Both the position numbers and the translations under genes were made by a program. DNA of 32,000 bases from NCBI RefSeq assembly GCF_020524165.1, contig NZ_JAIVKU010000007.1, positions 169,164 through 201,163 of the forward strand, in the 5' to 3' direction. Positions 1 to 8,988 of this stretch are shown piece after piece. This DNA is from Guptibacillus hwajinpoensis. GTDB lineage: Bacteria; Bacillota; Bacilli; Bacillales; Guptibacillaceae. Within the stretch, counting starts at the first letter, position 1. Each line of letters opens with the position of its first letter. Below the pieces are notes generated by a model, which was not told the origin of the DNA, made no database searches, and worked only from the letters and a program-made list of their open reading frames with translations.

Positions 1-983
1 GCAAGGAACAGGGAAATCGTACCGATCCCACAATAAGCATCGATGACCGTTTCATTCCCAGTCAGTCCAGCGTATTCAAGCGCCTGATCATAAAGGACCT
101 TCGTTTGATCGGGGTTTACTTGATAGAATGAGCGAGCTGAGATCGCGAATTTAATGTCGCCGATCGTATCGTAAATGTATGGTGATCCCCATAGGACGCG
201 GGTTTCGTCACCAAAGATCACGTTTGTGCGCTTTGGATTCACGTTTTGAACAATTGATTTCACTTTCGGAAGTTGCTCAGTGATGTCTTTTATAATGTTC
301 TTACGATTCGGCAAGTCTTTGTTCTTGGTTACGATGACAACCATGATGTCGTCTGTTCGCTTTCCGTATTTTGCAACAACGTGTCTAAGCGTTCCGCGAT
401 GTGAGCGCTCGTCGTACGCACGGATGCCGTACTTTTCAGCAATCTCTTTCACAACGCGTAGAACTTCATCGTTTTCCTGCTCTTGAATGAGGCACTGGTC
501 CATGTCGATAATCTGGTGACTGCGCTGCTGGTAGAAGCCTGCAACGATTTTTCCATTCTGCTCACCTACTGGAACCTGCGCTTTGTTGCGGTAGCGCCAT
601 GGATCTTCCATGCCAAGCACAGGGTGAACGGGTACATCGATCTTGGCGATGCGCTCCATTACGTCTTGAACTTGCTTGTGCTTGAATTTCAACTGGCTAT
701 CGTACGTCATGTGCTGTGTTTGACAGCCGCCACACTGATAGAAGATCGGGCATGGCGGGGTATTGCGGTCTTCGCTCTCAACTTTTACATCAACCAGCTT
801 ACCGAAGCCGTAGCCTTTCTTTGTTTTAATTACTTTCACGTCCGCGGTTTCGCCCGGAATACCATACGGAACGAAAAGCGTGTATCCATCTACTTTCGCA
901 ACGCCTGCCCCATCATGGGAAATGTCTCTGAACTCTACTTCGACAACGTCATTCTTTTTTACAGGTACTTCTTGATTACTCAT
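1..983 (-). CDS. rlmCD: 23S rRNA (uracil-C5)-methyltransferase, RlmCD/RumA family (N-terminal ~327 codons; the 3' end runs off the left edge)
   Basis: Absent from the ORF track because it has no stop in the window. My minus-strand translation from ATG 983..981 gives [48 protein letters not shown] (TRAM-like N-terminus). It continues through [20 protein letters not shown] (RumA-type Fe-S cysteine cluster) to [20 protein letters not shown] (SAM motif I) at the window edge. It lies next to dagK, as yefA does in B. subtilis. Confidence 0.85.
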   Translation of the reverse strand, partial: MSNQEVPVKKNDVVEVEFRDISHDGAGVAKVDGYTLFVPYGIPGETADVKVIKTKKGYGFGKLVDVKVESEDRNTPPCPIFYQCGGCQTQHMTYDSQLKFKHKQVQDVMERIAKIDVPVHPVLGMEDPWRYRNKAQVPVGEQNGKIVAGFYQQRSHQIIDMDQCLIQEQENDEVLRVVKEIAEKYGIRAYDERSHRGTLRHVVAKYGKRTDDIMVVIVTKNKDLPNRKNIIKDITEQLPKVKSIVQNVNPKRTNVIFGDETRVLWGSPYIYDTIGDIKFAISARSFYQVNPDQTKVLYDQALEYAGLTGNETVIDAYCGIGTISLFL

Positions 984-1181
984 TAGGTTTCCGTCCTTTT
1001 CCGGTCGATTTCATGTACAAAAATTGTACCACAGTGTGGCAAGATCGCGAAATGAAAGAGCGCGGGTCGTATTCGGTGTGCCTAGTGGTCGCAATAGCGT
1101 GGTTTATTGGCCAAAATTGAATGATATTGGCCACCCCGAATTCACAACCTACTTCCATCCTCATAACCCCAAGAACAACAG

Positions 1182-1208
1182 AAAAAGCCAGAGCTCATCG
1201 TCTCTGAC
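1182..1208 (-). terminator. Candidate intrinsic terminator downstream of dagK
   Basis: Minus strand reads GTCAGAG-acgatgag-CTCTGGC (7-bp stem including one G-U pair) followed by TTTTTCTGTTGTTCTT, 16 nt after the dagK stop. The stem is weak. Confidence 0.4.
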
Positions 1209-1223
1209 TTCTCTCCTTCATTT

Positions 1224-2171
1224 CTACTCACCAGAAATGGCGCGCTTATGCGCGGCTTCTTCTTCATTTGTATGTTTCTCGCTCGTTTCTTTTGGAACAA
1301 TCATCGTAATGTGACGGTATAAGTTCGTGAACTCAGCTGGAAGCGGGCCACCGTACTCTCCGTCCAGGTTGAGCTGCATTTTATCAACTGATTCCACTTT
1401 AATGTGACTTGCTTTTTTGTAGACCACATTTGGATCATTGATATGATCACCGCGTAATGCACTGCTTGCGATCCGAATGAATTCTGCGATGTTCGTCTTC
1501 TTTAGAATCATAAGATCGAATAGTCCATCATTCAACGACGCATGTGGTGCCAGCTTCTCAAATCCGCCGATGGAGTTTGAGTTTGAAACAAGGAAAAGCA
1601 TAATTTCACCTTCAAAAAGCTTACCGTCGTATTCAATCCTGGTTCTTGCAGGGCGAATCGATGGAAGCATCTCAATGCCTTTCATATAGTAAGCTAGCTG
1701 GCCAAGCATGGTTTTAAGCTTACTTGGTACTTCATACGTTAATTCTGTCAGGCGTCCGCCACCTGCGATGTTGATAAAGTAATGCTCGTTTACTCGACCG
1801 ATATCAATAGGCATTTCAAGACCATTGCAAAGGACGTCCATCGCCCCTTCAATGGTACGTGGAACGCCAATGGCTCGCGCAAAGTCATTGGTTGTACCAA
1901 CTGGAATAATCCCCATCTTCGGGCGATATGGCTGTTCAGCGATACCGTTGATTACTTCATAAATTGTTCCATCTCCACCTGCTGCGATCACAAGATCAAA
2001 TCGACGGTCTACGGCAATGCGCGCCGCTTCTGTTGCATCGCCTTCACATGTAGTTGCATGGGCAGATGTCTCGTACCCATTTTTTTCAAGGCGTTCGAGA
2101 ATATATGGCAGTGACCTTTTCACTTGTTCTCTTCCGGACGTTGGATTATAGATTAGTCTCGCACGTTTCAT
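1224..2171 (-). CDS. dagK: Diacylglycerol kinase (DagK/YerQ family lipid kinase)
   Basis: 315-aa ORF. The N-terminus MKRARLIYNPTSGRE...DLVIAAGGDGTIYEVINGI carries the DAGK catalytic-domain GGDG motif. Close in sequence and position to B. subtilis DagK (YerQ). It has a short extra C-terminal charged tail. Confidence 0.92.
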   Translation of the reverse strand: MKRARLIYNPTSGREQVKRSLPYILERLEKNGYETSAHATTCEGDATEAARIAVDRRFDLVIAAGGDGTIYEVINGIAEQPYRPKMGIIPVGTTNDFARAIGVPRTIEGAMDVLCNGLEMPIDIGRVNEHYFINIAGGGRLTELTYEVPSKLKTMLGQLAYYMKGIEMLPSIRPARTRIEYDGKLFEGEIMLFLVSNSNSIGGFEKLAPHASLNDGLFDLMILKKTNIAEFIRIASSALRGDHINDPNVVYKKASHIKVESVDKMQLNLDGEYGGPLPAEFTNLYRHITMIVPKETSEKHTNEEEAAHKRAISGE

Positions 2172-2433
2172 CCTTCATCATCCTATCTTCTCTATCTTAA
2201 TTCTTCATGCAGAATGTTTGTATTCGTTCAATCTTAAAGCATATCAAAGCACGCGGCATTTTAAGTGTCCTCGTAACTCATTTATATGATAGTCGCAAAC
2301 AAAAAACGCCCACATTCTCGTGACCGTTTCCCACCGATTAACCTTCTGTTCTGATTATAGGCTTTTCCCTAAAAAAAAGCAAAGCCGAAAATAAGTGAAT
2401 AAGGTGAACATGCTTCACCTCTTCTTTAGACAT

Positions 2434-2463
2434 AAAAAAACCCTCCACAACGGGAGGGTTTTG
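2434..2463 (-). terminator. Intrinsic terminator after gatB
   Basis: Minus strand reads AAAACCCTCCC-gttgt-GGAGGGTTTTTTTAT immediately after the gatB stop at 2468. Confidence 0.8.
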
Positions 2464-2467
2464 CCAT

Positions 2468-3901
2468 TTAGCGCTTATCCATTTCTTCTACAATAAGCTT
2501 GTTAACCATTGGAGGGTTTGCTTTCCCTTTAGTAGCTTTCATCACTTGACCAACAAGGAAGCCGAGTGCACGGTCTTTCCCGTTTTTGTAGTCTTCAATA
2601 GATTGTTCGTTCTCGTCAAGAATACCTGAAACGATGGAACGAAGCTCGCCTTCGTCAGAAATTTGAACGAGGCCTTTGTCTTTTACGATCTGTTCAGGAT
2701 CTCCGCCTTTTTCGATCAGATCTTTGAATACTTTCTTCGCAATCTTAGAAGAAATTGTTCCCTTTTCAATAAGAGAAATTAGCTTGCCGAGGCCTTCTGG
2801 CGTTAAGGCTACTTCATCAATTTCTTTGTAGTTTGCATTCAAGTAAGCAGACACTTCACCCATCAGCCAGTTGGAGGTCTGCTTCGGATCAGCTCCCTGA
2901 CCAATCGCTACTTCAAAGAAGTCCGACATTTTCTTGGACTGAGTAAGGACCATCGCATCATACTCTGGAAGATCATACTCCTTCACATAGCGCTCACGAC
3001 GAGCATCTGGAAGCTCTGGAATATCTGCACGAACGCGGTCCATCCATTCTTTATTGATCGCTAGACGAACAAGGTCTGGTTCTGGGAAGTAGCGGTAGTC
3101 GTCAGATCCTTCTTTCACACGCATGAGAATCGTTTTCTTGCCAGCTTCGTCGTAACGACGCGTTTCCTGACCGATCACGTTTCCTGCAAGAAGTTCTTTC
3201 TCCTGACGTACTTCTTCATATTGAAGACCTTTCTGTACGTTAGCGAATGAGTTCAAGTTCTTAAGCTCTGTTTTCGTACCAAACTCTTCCTGACCATATG
3301 GACGAAGAGAAAGGTTCGCATCACAGCGAAGAGATCCTTCTTCCATTTTACAGTCAGACACTTCCGTATATTGAAGAATCGCTTTGAGCTTCTCAAGATA
3401 AGCATACGCTTCTTCTGGTGTACGGATATCCGGCTCAGATACGATCTCAACTAGTGGAGTACCCTGACGGTTGAAATCGACAAGAGAGTGGTTCTCGCCA
3501 TCAACGTGCGTAAGTTTACCAGCATCTTCTTCAAGGTGTAGACGGGTAATCCCAATACGTTTTGTTTTGCCGTTTACTTCAATATCAATCCATCCGTTTT
3601 CACCGATCGGCTTATCATATTGAGAGATCTGATAAGCTTTCGGGTTATCTGGATAGAAATAGTTTTTACGGTCAAACTTTGTATCTTCTGCAATTTCACA
3701 GTTCAGTGCCATTGCCGCACGCATCGCAAAATCAACGGCCTGCTCGTTCATCACTGGAAGAACACCAGGATGGCCAAGACAGATCGGGCAAACGTTCGTG
3801 TTAGGCGGCGCACCGAAATTCGTTGAACAATTACAGAAAATCTTTGTGTTTGTCTTCAGTTCTGAGTGAACTTCCAGACCAATAATAGTTTCAAAATTCA
3901 T
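2468..3901 (-). CDS. gatB: Asp-tRNA(Asn)/Glu-tRNA(Gln) amidotransferase subunit B
   Basis: 477-aa ORF with [17 protein letters not shown]...[12 protein letters not shown], the typical GatB N-terminus. Third gene of the gatCAB cluster. Confidence 0.97.
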   Translation of the reverse strand: MNFETIIGLEVHSELKTNTKIFCNCSTNFGAPPNTNVCPICLGHPGVLPVMNEQAVDFAMRAAMALNCEIAEDTKFDRKNYFYPDNPKAYQISQYDKPIGENGWIDIEVNGKTKRIGITRLHLEEDAGKLTHVDGENHSLVDFNRQGTPLVEIVSEPDIRTPEEAYAYLEKLKAILQYTEVSDCKMEEGSLRCDANLSLRPYGQEEFGTKTELKNLNSFANVQKGLQYEEVRQEKELLAGNVIGQETRRYDEAGKKTILMRVKEGSDDYRYFPEPDLVRLAINKEWMDRVRADIPELPDARRERYVKEYDLPEYDAMVLTQSKKMSDFFEVAIGQGADPKQTSNWLMGEVSAYLNANYKEIDEVALTPEGLGKLISLIEKGTISSKIAKKVFKDLIEKGGDPEQIVKDKGLVQISDEGELRSIVSGILDENEQSIEDYKNGKDRALGFLVGQVMKATKGKANPPMVNKLIVEEMDKR

Positions 3902-3917
3902 TTTCAGTCGTCACCCC

Positions 3918-5366
3918 TTACAGCTCTGGTTTAGCCTTATGATGATCCGTTGCTTGCTCAAATGCATGAGCTACGCGATAAACGGTCTTTTCATCAAAGT
4001 GCTTTCCGATTATTTGAAGTCCAACAGGTAGGCCATTTGATAATCCACAAGGTACGGAAATCGCAGGAACCCCTGCAAGGTTAACCGGGATTGTGAGAAT
4101 ATCGTTCGCATACATTGTTAGCGGGTTATCAATCTTCTCGCCTACTTTAAAGGCCGGTGTCGGCGTTGTAGGTCCGATAATCACATCGTAATCTTCAAAT
4201 ACTTTTTCAAAGTCATTCTTGATTAGCGTACGGACTTTTTGTGCTTTCTTATAATAAGCATCATAGTAGCCAGAGCTAAGCGCAAACGTACCAAGCATAA
4301 TACGTCGCTTCACTTCGTCGCCAAAGCCTTCGCTTCTTGTTTTCTTATAAAGATCAAGAAGATTCTCAGCTTCAGCTCGAACACCATATCGGACTCCGTC
4401 AAAGCGAGCAAGGTTCGCTGATGCTTCTGAAGAAGAAAGAAGGTAGTATGTTGCTACGGCATATTTTGAGTGCGGAAGTGATACCTCATCCCAAGTTGCA
4501 CCAAGCTCTTCAAGCTTTTTAAGTGATTGAAGGACGCTGTTCTTCACATCTTCATCTACACCTTCAGCAAGGTATTCTTTCGGTACAGCAATGCGTAGAC
4601 CTTTTACATCACCAGTTAAGCTTGAGAGGTAATCTGGAACATCAACATTTGCTGAAGTTGAATCCATTTTGTCATGACCAGCAATCGATTGAAGGAGATA
4701 CGCATTATCTTCTACTGTATTTGTAATTGGTCCAATCTGATCAAGAGATGAAGCAAAAGCAATTAGGCCAAAACGTGATACAAGACCGTACGTAGGTTTT
4801 AATCCAACAACACCACAAAAGGCAGCTGGTTGACGAATCGAACCACCTGTATCTGATCCAAGAGAGAAGAAGACTTCTCCTGCCGCAACAGAGGCAGCTG
4901 AACCACCGCTTGATCCGCCTGGAACGTAGTCTGTATTCCATGGGTTACGCGTGCCAAAATAACCGGAGTTCTCATTGGAGGATCCCATAGCGAACTCGTC
5001 CATATTCAACTTTCCAACAGTAATTGTTTCCGCTGCATTTAAGCGCTCAACTACCGTTGCATTATGTAATGGTTCGAAGTTACTAAGAAGTTGACTTGAT
5101 GCAGTTGTGCGAAGACCCTTCGTTACGATATTATCTTTCACACCGACAGGGAGACCAAAGAGAAGTCCTCTCGCCTCTTCTGTTCCGAGCTTTCCATCAA
5201 GTGCTTTTGCAGCTTGCATGGCTCCTTCTTCATTTAACGTCATGAATGCTTTTACCTTTTCGTCGACTGTATGAATGCGATCAAACGAAGTCTGAACAAG
5301 TTCACTGACGGATAATTCTTTCTTATGAAGCAAGCTGTGAAGCTCACTTATGCTTTTATCAAACAA
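3918..5366 (-). CDS. gatA: Glutamyl-tRNA(Gln) amidotransferase subunit A
   Basis: 482-aa ORF with the amidase signature [14 protein letters not shown]. It uses a TTG start 8 nt downstream of AAGGGAGG and lies 14 nt after the gatC stop. Confidence 0.96.
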   Translation of the reverse strand: MFDKSISELHSLLHKKELSVSELVQTSFDRIHTVDEKVKAFMTLNEEGAMQAAKALDGKLGTEEARGLLFGLPVGVKDNIVTKGLRTTASSQLLSNFEPLHNATVVERLNAAETITVGKLNMDEFAMGSSNENSGYFGTRNPWNTDYVPGGSSGGSAASVAAGEVFFSLGSDTGGSIRQPAAFCGVVGLKPTYGLVSRFGLIAFASSLDQIGPITNTVEDNAYLLQSIAGHDKMDSTSANVDVPDYLSSLTGDVKGLRIAVPKEYLAEGVDEDVKNSVLQSLKKLEELGATWDEVSLPHSKYAVATYYLLSSSEASANLARFDGVRYGVRAEAENLLDLYKKTRSEGFGDEVKRRIMLGTFALSSGYYDAYYKKAQKVRTLIKNDFEKVFEDYDVIIGPTTPTPAFKVGEKIDNPLTMYANDILTIPVNLAGVPAISVPCGLSNGLPVGLQIIGKHFDEKTVYRVAHAFEQATDHHKAKPEL

Positions 5367-5380
5367 GGACGTTGCCTCCC

Positions 5381-5671
5381 TTACTCAAATATTGATGGTA
5401 CTTTTACTTGACCGTTCGCTTGATCCGGTGCATTCTTCAATGCTTCCTCACGAGATAACCACGGCTGTACTTTATCTTCACGAAGTACATTTTTCAAATC
5501 AAGAACGTGTGTTGTAGGCTCAACGTTCTCTGTATCTAATTCATTCAACTGCTCTGCCATCGAAATAATGTCATCTAGCTGAGTAGTAAACTTTTCAACC
5601 TCTGCCTCATCCATTTCAAGTCTTGCGAGGTTTGCTACGTGCTTAACCTCTTCTTTGGTAATTCTGGACAT
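5381..5671 (-). CDS. gatC: Glutamyl-tRNA(Gln) amidotransferase subunit C
   Basis: The track ORF is 130 aa, but the GatC-like sequence starts at [20 protein letters not shown] (ATG at 5671), preceded by GGAGGTGAAAGAT. The resulting 96 aa is the normal GatC length. Confidence 0.93.
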   Translation of the reverse strand: MSRITKEEVKHVANLARLEMDEAEVEKFTTQLDDIISMAEQLNELDTENVEPTTHVLDLKNVLREDKVQPWLSREEALKNAPDQANGQVKVPSIFE

Positions 5672-5713
5672 ATCTTTCACCTCCACAAATTTCGAACAAC
5701 CTGCAATATATAG

Positions 5714-5743
5714 ATGATACCAAAAACAAGCTTCATTAAGCAA
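5714..5743 (-). promoter_or_regulatory. Candidate sigma-A promoter of gatCAB
   Basis: Minus strand reads TTGCTT-18 nt-TATCAT with a TGn extended -10 (TGGTATCAT), about 40 nt upstream of the gatC start. Motif match only. Confidence 0.35.
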
Positions 5744-5765
5744 CAGAACGCCGTTCAATCCAATT

Positions 5766-5811
5766 TTAAACAAACGTTTGATTAACCATGGTTAATCAAA
5801 CGTTTGTTTAA
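5766..5811. repeat. Perfect 46-bp nested palindrome
   Basis: The sequence TTAAACAAACGTTTGATTAACCATGGTTAATCAAACGTTTGTTTAA equals its own reverse complement. Each 20-bp half (TTAAnCAAACGTTTGnTTAA) is itself an 18/20 palindrome around CAAACGTTTG. Confidence 0.95.
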
Positions 5812-5880
5812 GCTATACCTTAATGATAACCATTACTAAGATACAATACGTGGCAGTCCCTACATTTCTACACCTACTTG

Positions 5881-5914
5881 AAAAAAGACTCATCCCGCAG
5901 TGGGATGAGTCTTT
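5881..5914 (-). terminator. Intrinsic terminator after putP
   Basis: 13-bp stem AAAGACTCATCCC / GGGATGAGTCTTT with a 5-nt loop, followed on the minus strand by further T residues. It starts 11 nt after the putP stop. Confidence 0.8.
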
Positions 5915-5924
5915 GAAAAACGGA

Positions 5925-7388
5925 TTATAGTTTAGATGTTCTTGCTTCTTCAAATTCAGCTTCAATTTCTTCGCCTGGTTCTTTACCAACAAAGCTAAAT
6001 ACCATAACGGCAATCCAAGCAAAGATAAAGCCTGGAATAAGTTCGTAAAGATCAAATAGTCCGCCTGAAAGTTGAGCCCATAGAATAACGATCACGGCAC
6101 CTGTGATGATACCAGCAAGGGCACCATTACGCGTCATACGTTTCCAGAATAGACTCAGTATGATAACAGGTCCAAATGCAGCACCAAAACCGGCCCATGC
6201 ATAACTTACAAGATCAAGAACACTGCTATCAGGGTTATAAGCAAGCAGGATGGCAAGTAGCGCAATAGCTAATACCGCGATACGACCTACCCATACAAGC
6301 TCAGTTTGGCTTGCATTTTTACGAAGGATCGCTTTGTAAAAGTCCTCTGCAACAGCACTTGAAGATACAAGTAGCTGAGAGTCAATGGTACTCATAATCG
6401 CAGAAAGAATTGCAGCAAGCAAGAAGCCAGATACCCATGGATTAAAGAGAACTTGCGTAAATTCGATAAAGACGGTTTCAGAGTTCTCAAGTCCAGCATT
6501 AAAGTATGCAATACCGATGAAACCAGTGAAAATTGCACCAAATAATGATAGAACCATCCAAGACATACCAACAAGGCGTGCTTTTGGAATTTCTTTGGAC
6601 GATTTAACAGCCATAAAACGAGTGATAATGTGAGGCTGACCAAAGTAACCAAGTCCCCAACCAAGTAGGGAAATGATTCCCATAAAACTCATACCAGTAA
6701 AGATATCAAGGTAAGTTGTATCCGCTGCACCAACTTGATTTACCGTTTCATTCCAACCGCCCATTTCATTTAAAGCAACAATTGGTACGATAACGAGTGC
6801 AAGGAACATAAGTATTCCCTGGAAGAAATCTGTCCAGCTTACCGCTAAGAAACCACCGAGGAACGTATAAGAAATAATAACAATTGCACCGATCCACAAT
6901 GCGCTTTCATAGCTCATGCCAAACGAGCTTTCAAACAGGATTGCGCCCCCAACAAGACCTGAAGACGTATAGAACGTAAAGAATACAAGAATGACAATTG
7001 CAGAAATCACGCGAAGTGCTTTCGATCCATCACGGAAACGATTCTCAAGGTAGTCAGGAACCGTTATGGAATCATTCGCCACCTCAGTATAACGGCGAAG
7101 ACGTGATGCAACAAACTGCCAGTTCAGGTAAGCTCCGATTGCGAGCCCAATCCCAATCCAAATTTGACTCATACCACCTGCATACATAGCACCTGGTAGA
7201 CCTAGTAAGAGCCAGCTACTCATATCTGATGCCCCAGCACTTAATGCGGCAACAGATCCACCTAATCTTCTTCCTCCAAGAACATAATCAGATAAGTTAC
7301 TTGTCATTTTGTAAGCAATCAATCCAATTGCAAGCATACCGACTAGGTACACTATGAACGTGACTAACGTTGGCGTCTCAATACTCAT
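5925..7388 (-). CDS. putP: Sodium/proline symporter, SSS family (PutP/OpuE type)
   Basis: 487-aa polytopic membrane ORF with an N-terminus typical of PutP/OpuE (SNLSDYVLGGRRLGGSVAALSAGASDMSSWLLLGLPG). Its position directly upstream of gatCAB matches opuE (yerK) in B. subtilis, so an osmoprotective OpuE-like role is possible (inference). Confidence 0.93.
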   Translation of the reverse strand: MSIETPTLVTFIVYLVGMLAIGLIAYKMTSNLSDYVLGGRRLGGSVAALSAGASDMSSWLLLGLPGAMYAGGMSQIWIGIGLAIGAYLNWQFVASRLRRYTEVANDSITVPDYLENRFRDGSKALRVISAIVILVFFTFYTSSGLVGGAILFESSFGMSYESALWIGAIVIISYTFLGGFLAVSWTDFFQGILMFLALVIVPIVALNEMGGWNETVNQVGAADTTYLDIFTGMSFMGIISLLGWGLGYFGQPHIITRFMAVKSSKEIPKARLVGMSWMVLSLFGAIFTGFIGIAYFNAGLENSETVFIEFTQVLFNPWVSGFLLAAILSAIMSTIDSQLLVSSSAVAEDFYKAILRKNASQTELVWVGRIAVLAIALLAILLAYNPDSSVLDLVSYAWAGFGAAFGPVIILSLFWKRMTRNGALAGIITGAVIVILWAQLSGGLFDLYELIPGFIFAWIAVMVFSFVGKEPGEEIEAEFEEARTSKL

Positions 7389-7394
7389 CGAGTA

Positions 7395-7499
7395 CTATTC
7401 TCTCCTTTCGGTAAAAAAAGTTATTATTGATAATACGACTAATAAAGGCATTGGTATAAGTAACCAGAACCATGTTGCGGTAGTTAAGGTATATTCCAC
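7395..7499 (-). CDS. Candidate 34-aa single-TM small protein upstream of putP (hypothetical)
   Basis: A GTG start follows GGAGGGGGTGAAAGT. The peptide is MEYTLTTATWFWLLIPMPLLVVLSIITFFTERRE, and its stop lies 6 nt before the putP ATG. The putP Shine-Dalgarno (GAAAGGAGAG) is embedded in its last codons. This is the C-terminal part of track ORF 7395..7592. No homology check was possible. Confidence 0.3.
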   Translation of the reverse strand: MEYTLTTATWFWLLIPMPLLVVLSIITFFTERRE

Positions 7500-7940
7500 A
7501 CTTTCACCCCCTCCAAAGTCAATATTCACAGCTATGCATTTTTCCTGTGAATTCAAATTATTAATATAGACCATTAGTCCTTTACAAACCAATGATTACT
7601 ATATCACAAAACATTTTTCAGAACAATGAAAATATTATATGATAAACTTTTTAATGAATAAAAATTCACTAAAGGAGTTTATTTCCTTCTTTTAGCAACT
7701 TTTATGTCATAAGTATTCAAGAAAATTTATTTAAATAAATTCCTGATTATGTGAAGGTTCGACACACTTTAGTAACATTTACCCACCAATTGGTAATGTT
7801 AACCTTCAAATTGAAATATTTTTTATAGATTGCCGCGTTTCACTTCTTTTCATACCGTCCTAAAGGGAAAAAGCACAACTATTTTTTTCTCTTTTTTCTC
7901 ACGCCTCTCTTCCTTCACTTTCTCTCAAATAAACTAGAAC

Positions 7941-7987
7941 AAATCGTAAAGGTTACTGTTTGCAAAACGTAATGATTACGATATAAT
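7941..7987 (+). promoter_or_regulatory. Zur-box pair overlapping a sigma-A promoter for the zinc-binding lipoprotein gene
   Basis: -35 TTGCAA (7960..7965), 16-nt spacer, -10 TATAAT (7982..7987). The perfect palindrome CGTAATGATTACG (7968..7980) matches the B. subtilis Zur box core TCGTAATnATTACGA. A second, degenerate box AAATCGTAAAGGTTACTGTTT lies at 7941..7961. Confidence 0.75.
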
Positions 7988-8023
7988 AAGTGGCAGAGAA
8001 AATTAGGGAAGGGAAAATCGCTT

Positions 8024-8953
8024 ATGAAAAGTCGTTTTTTAACACTAACGCTTTTATTATCATTATCTACGTTTGTCCTAGTTGCCTGTGGTCAAGAAGA
8101 ATCCGGCTCGAATGACAAGCTCACTATTTATACAACACTTTATCCACTCGAATATTTTGCTGAACGGATAGGGGGAGATAACGTTACTGCTGAATCGATC
8201 GTTCCTCCTGGTAGCGATGCACATAGCTTTGAGCCAACTACTAGAACAATGACCGAACTTGCTGAAGCCGATTTGTTTATTTATAATGGTGCCGGTATGG
8301 AAGGCTTTGCAGATGCTGCTAAAGATACGCTAGCAAATGAGGATGTCATGATTCTTGAATCGGCCGAAGGAATTCATGTTGATGAAACAAAAGAAGAGCA
8401 TGAAGAGCACGGCGATCACGATCACGGCGATATGAATCCACACATTTGGATTGAACCAACCCTTGCGATCCAGCAGGCTGAAAATATCAAAAAGGCCCTT
8501 ATTAAAATTGATCCTGACAAGCAGGAAACATTTGAGTCTAATTTTGTAGCATTAAAAGAAGAACTTTTAGCACTAGATAAAGAATTTCAAGAAATGGTTG
8601 AAAGTGCACCAAAGAAAGAGTTCCTCATTTCACACGATGCTTATAGCTACTGGGAAAGTCGATATGGACTTAAGCAAGTAAGCGTGTCTGGCCTTTCACC
8701 CTCCCAAGAACCAACACAAAAACAATTAGAAGAAATCATTGAAACAGCGAAACGTTATGACTTAAAGTACATGCTCTTTGAACAAAACGCAACGCCTAAG
8801 CCCGCGAAGGCAGTTCAGCAAGAGCTTGGTCTTGAGACGCTTCGCATTCATAACCTTTCTGTCTTAACAGAGAAAGATATCAAAAACGATGAAACGTATT
8901 TCACATTAATGAAACAAAATATCCAAACGCTAAAAAAAGCACTATCCAACTAA
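8024..8953 (+). CDS. znuA: Zinc ABC-transporter substrate-binding lipoprotein (ZnuA/AdcA, TroA-like cluster 9)
   Basis: 309-aa ORF with a signal peptide and lipobox (LVAC|G). It has the acidic/His-rich loop EEHEEHGDHDHGDMNPH typical of zinc-specific ZnuA, and a Zur box lies upstream. Confidence 0.88.
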   Translation: MKSRFLTLTLLLSLSTFVLVACGQEESGSNDKLTIYTTLYPLEYFAERIGGDNVTAESIVPPGSDAHSFEPTTRTMTELAEADLFIYNGAGMEGFADAAKDTLANEDVMILESAEGIHVDETKEEHEEHGDHDHGDMNPHIWIEPTLAIQQAENIKKALIKIDPDKQETFESNFVALKEELLALDKEFQEMVESAPKKEFLISHDAYSYWESRYGLKQVSVSGLSPSQEPTQKQLEEIIETAKRYDLKYMLFEQNATPKPAKAVQQELGLETLRIHNLSVLTEKDIKNDETYFTLMKQNIQTLKKALSN

Positions 8954-8954
8954 T

Positions 8955-8986
8955 AAAAGCCCTCCCGGAACGCCGGGAGGGCTTTT
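8955..8986. terminator. Bidirectional intrinsic terminator shared by convergent znuA and camS
   Basis: AAAAGCCCTCCCGG-aacg-CCGGGAGGGCTTTT: a GC-rich 10-bp stem flanked by an A-run and a T-run, sitting between the stops at 8953 and 8989. Confidence 0.85.
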
Positions 8987-8988
8987 CG

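Noticed and set aside
483-986. 167-aa plus-strand ORF
   Set aside because: It is antisense to a clearly recognisable RlmCD coding frame (TRAM domain, Fe-S cysteines and SAM motif all read on the minus strand). It is a shadow ORF.
1105-1133. Direct repeat TATTGGCCA x2 spaced 20 bp apart in the rlmCD upstream region
   Set aside because: It is real in the sequence, but only two 9-bp copies exist and there is no recognisable regulator motif or further symmetry. That is insufficient to call a site.
2404-2420. Small hairpin AGGTGAA-catgc-TTCACCT just downstream of the gatB terminator (minus-strand sense)
   Set aside because: The stem is short and no adjacent U-tract follows it. The strong terminator at 2434..2463 already explains termination, and the 31-codon ORF starting there has no Shine-Dalgarno.
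5381-5773. 130-aa extended version of gatC
   Set aside because: The first 34 codons are hydrophobic and unlike GatC, and they run through the candidate promoter. A strong Shine-Dalgarno precedes the internal ATG at 5671, which gives the canonical 96-aa GatC.
5813-6055. 80-aa minus-strand ORF overlapping the putP 3' end
   Set aside because: It is out of frame with putP, spans the putP terminator hairpin, and has no Shine-Dalgarno.
7593-8023. Long AT-rich putP-znuA divergent spacer, checked for a riboswitch, T-box or hidden gene
   Set aside because: I could not recognise any conserved riboswitch or T-box core, and the only ORFs are 13-15 codons without Shine-Dalgarno sequences. The region is best explained as divergent promoter DNA (Zur boxes, candidate SigA and SigB promoters).
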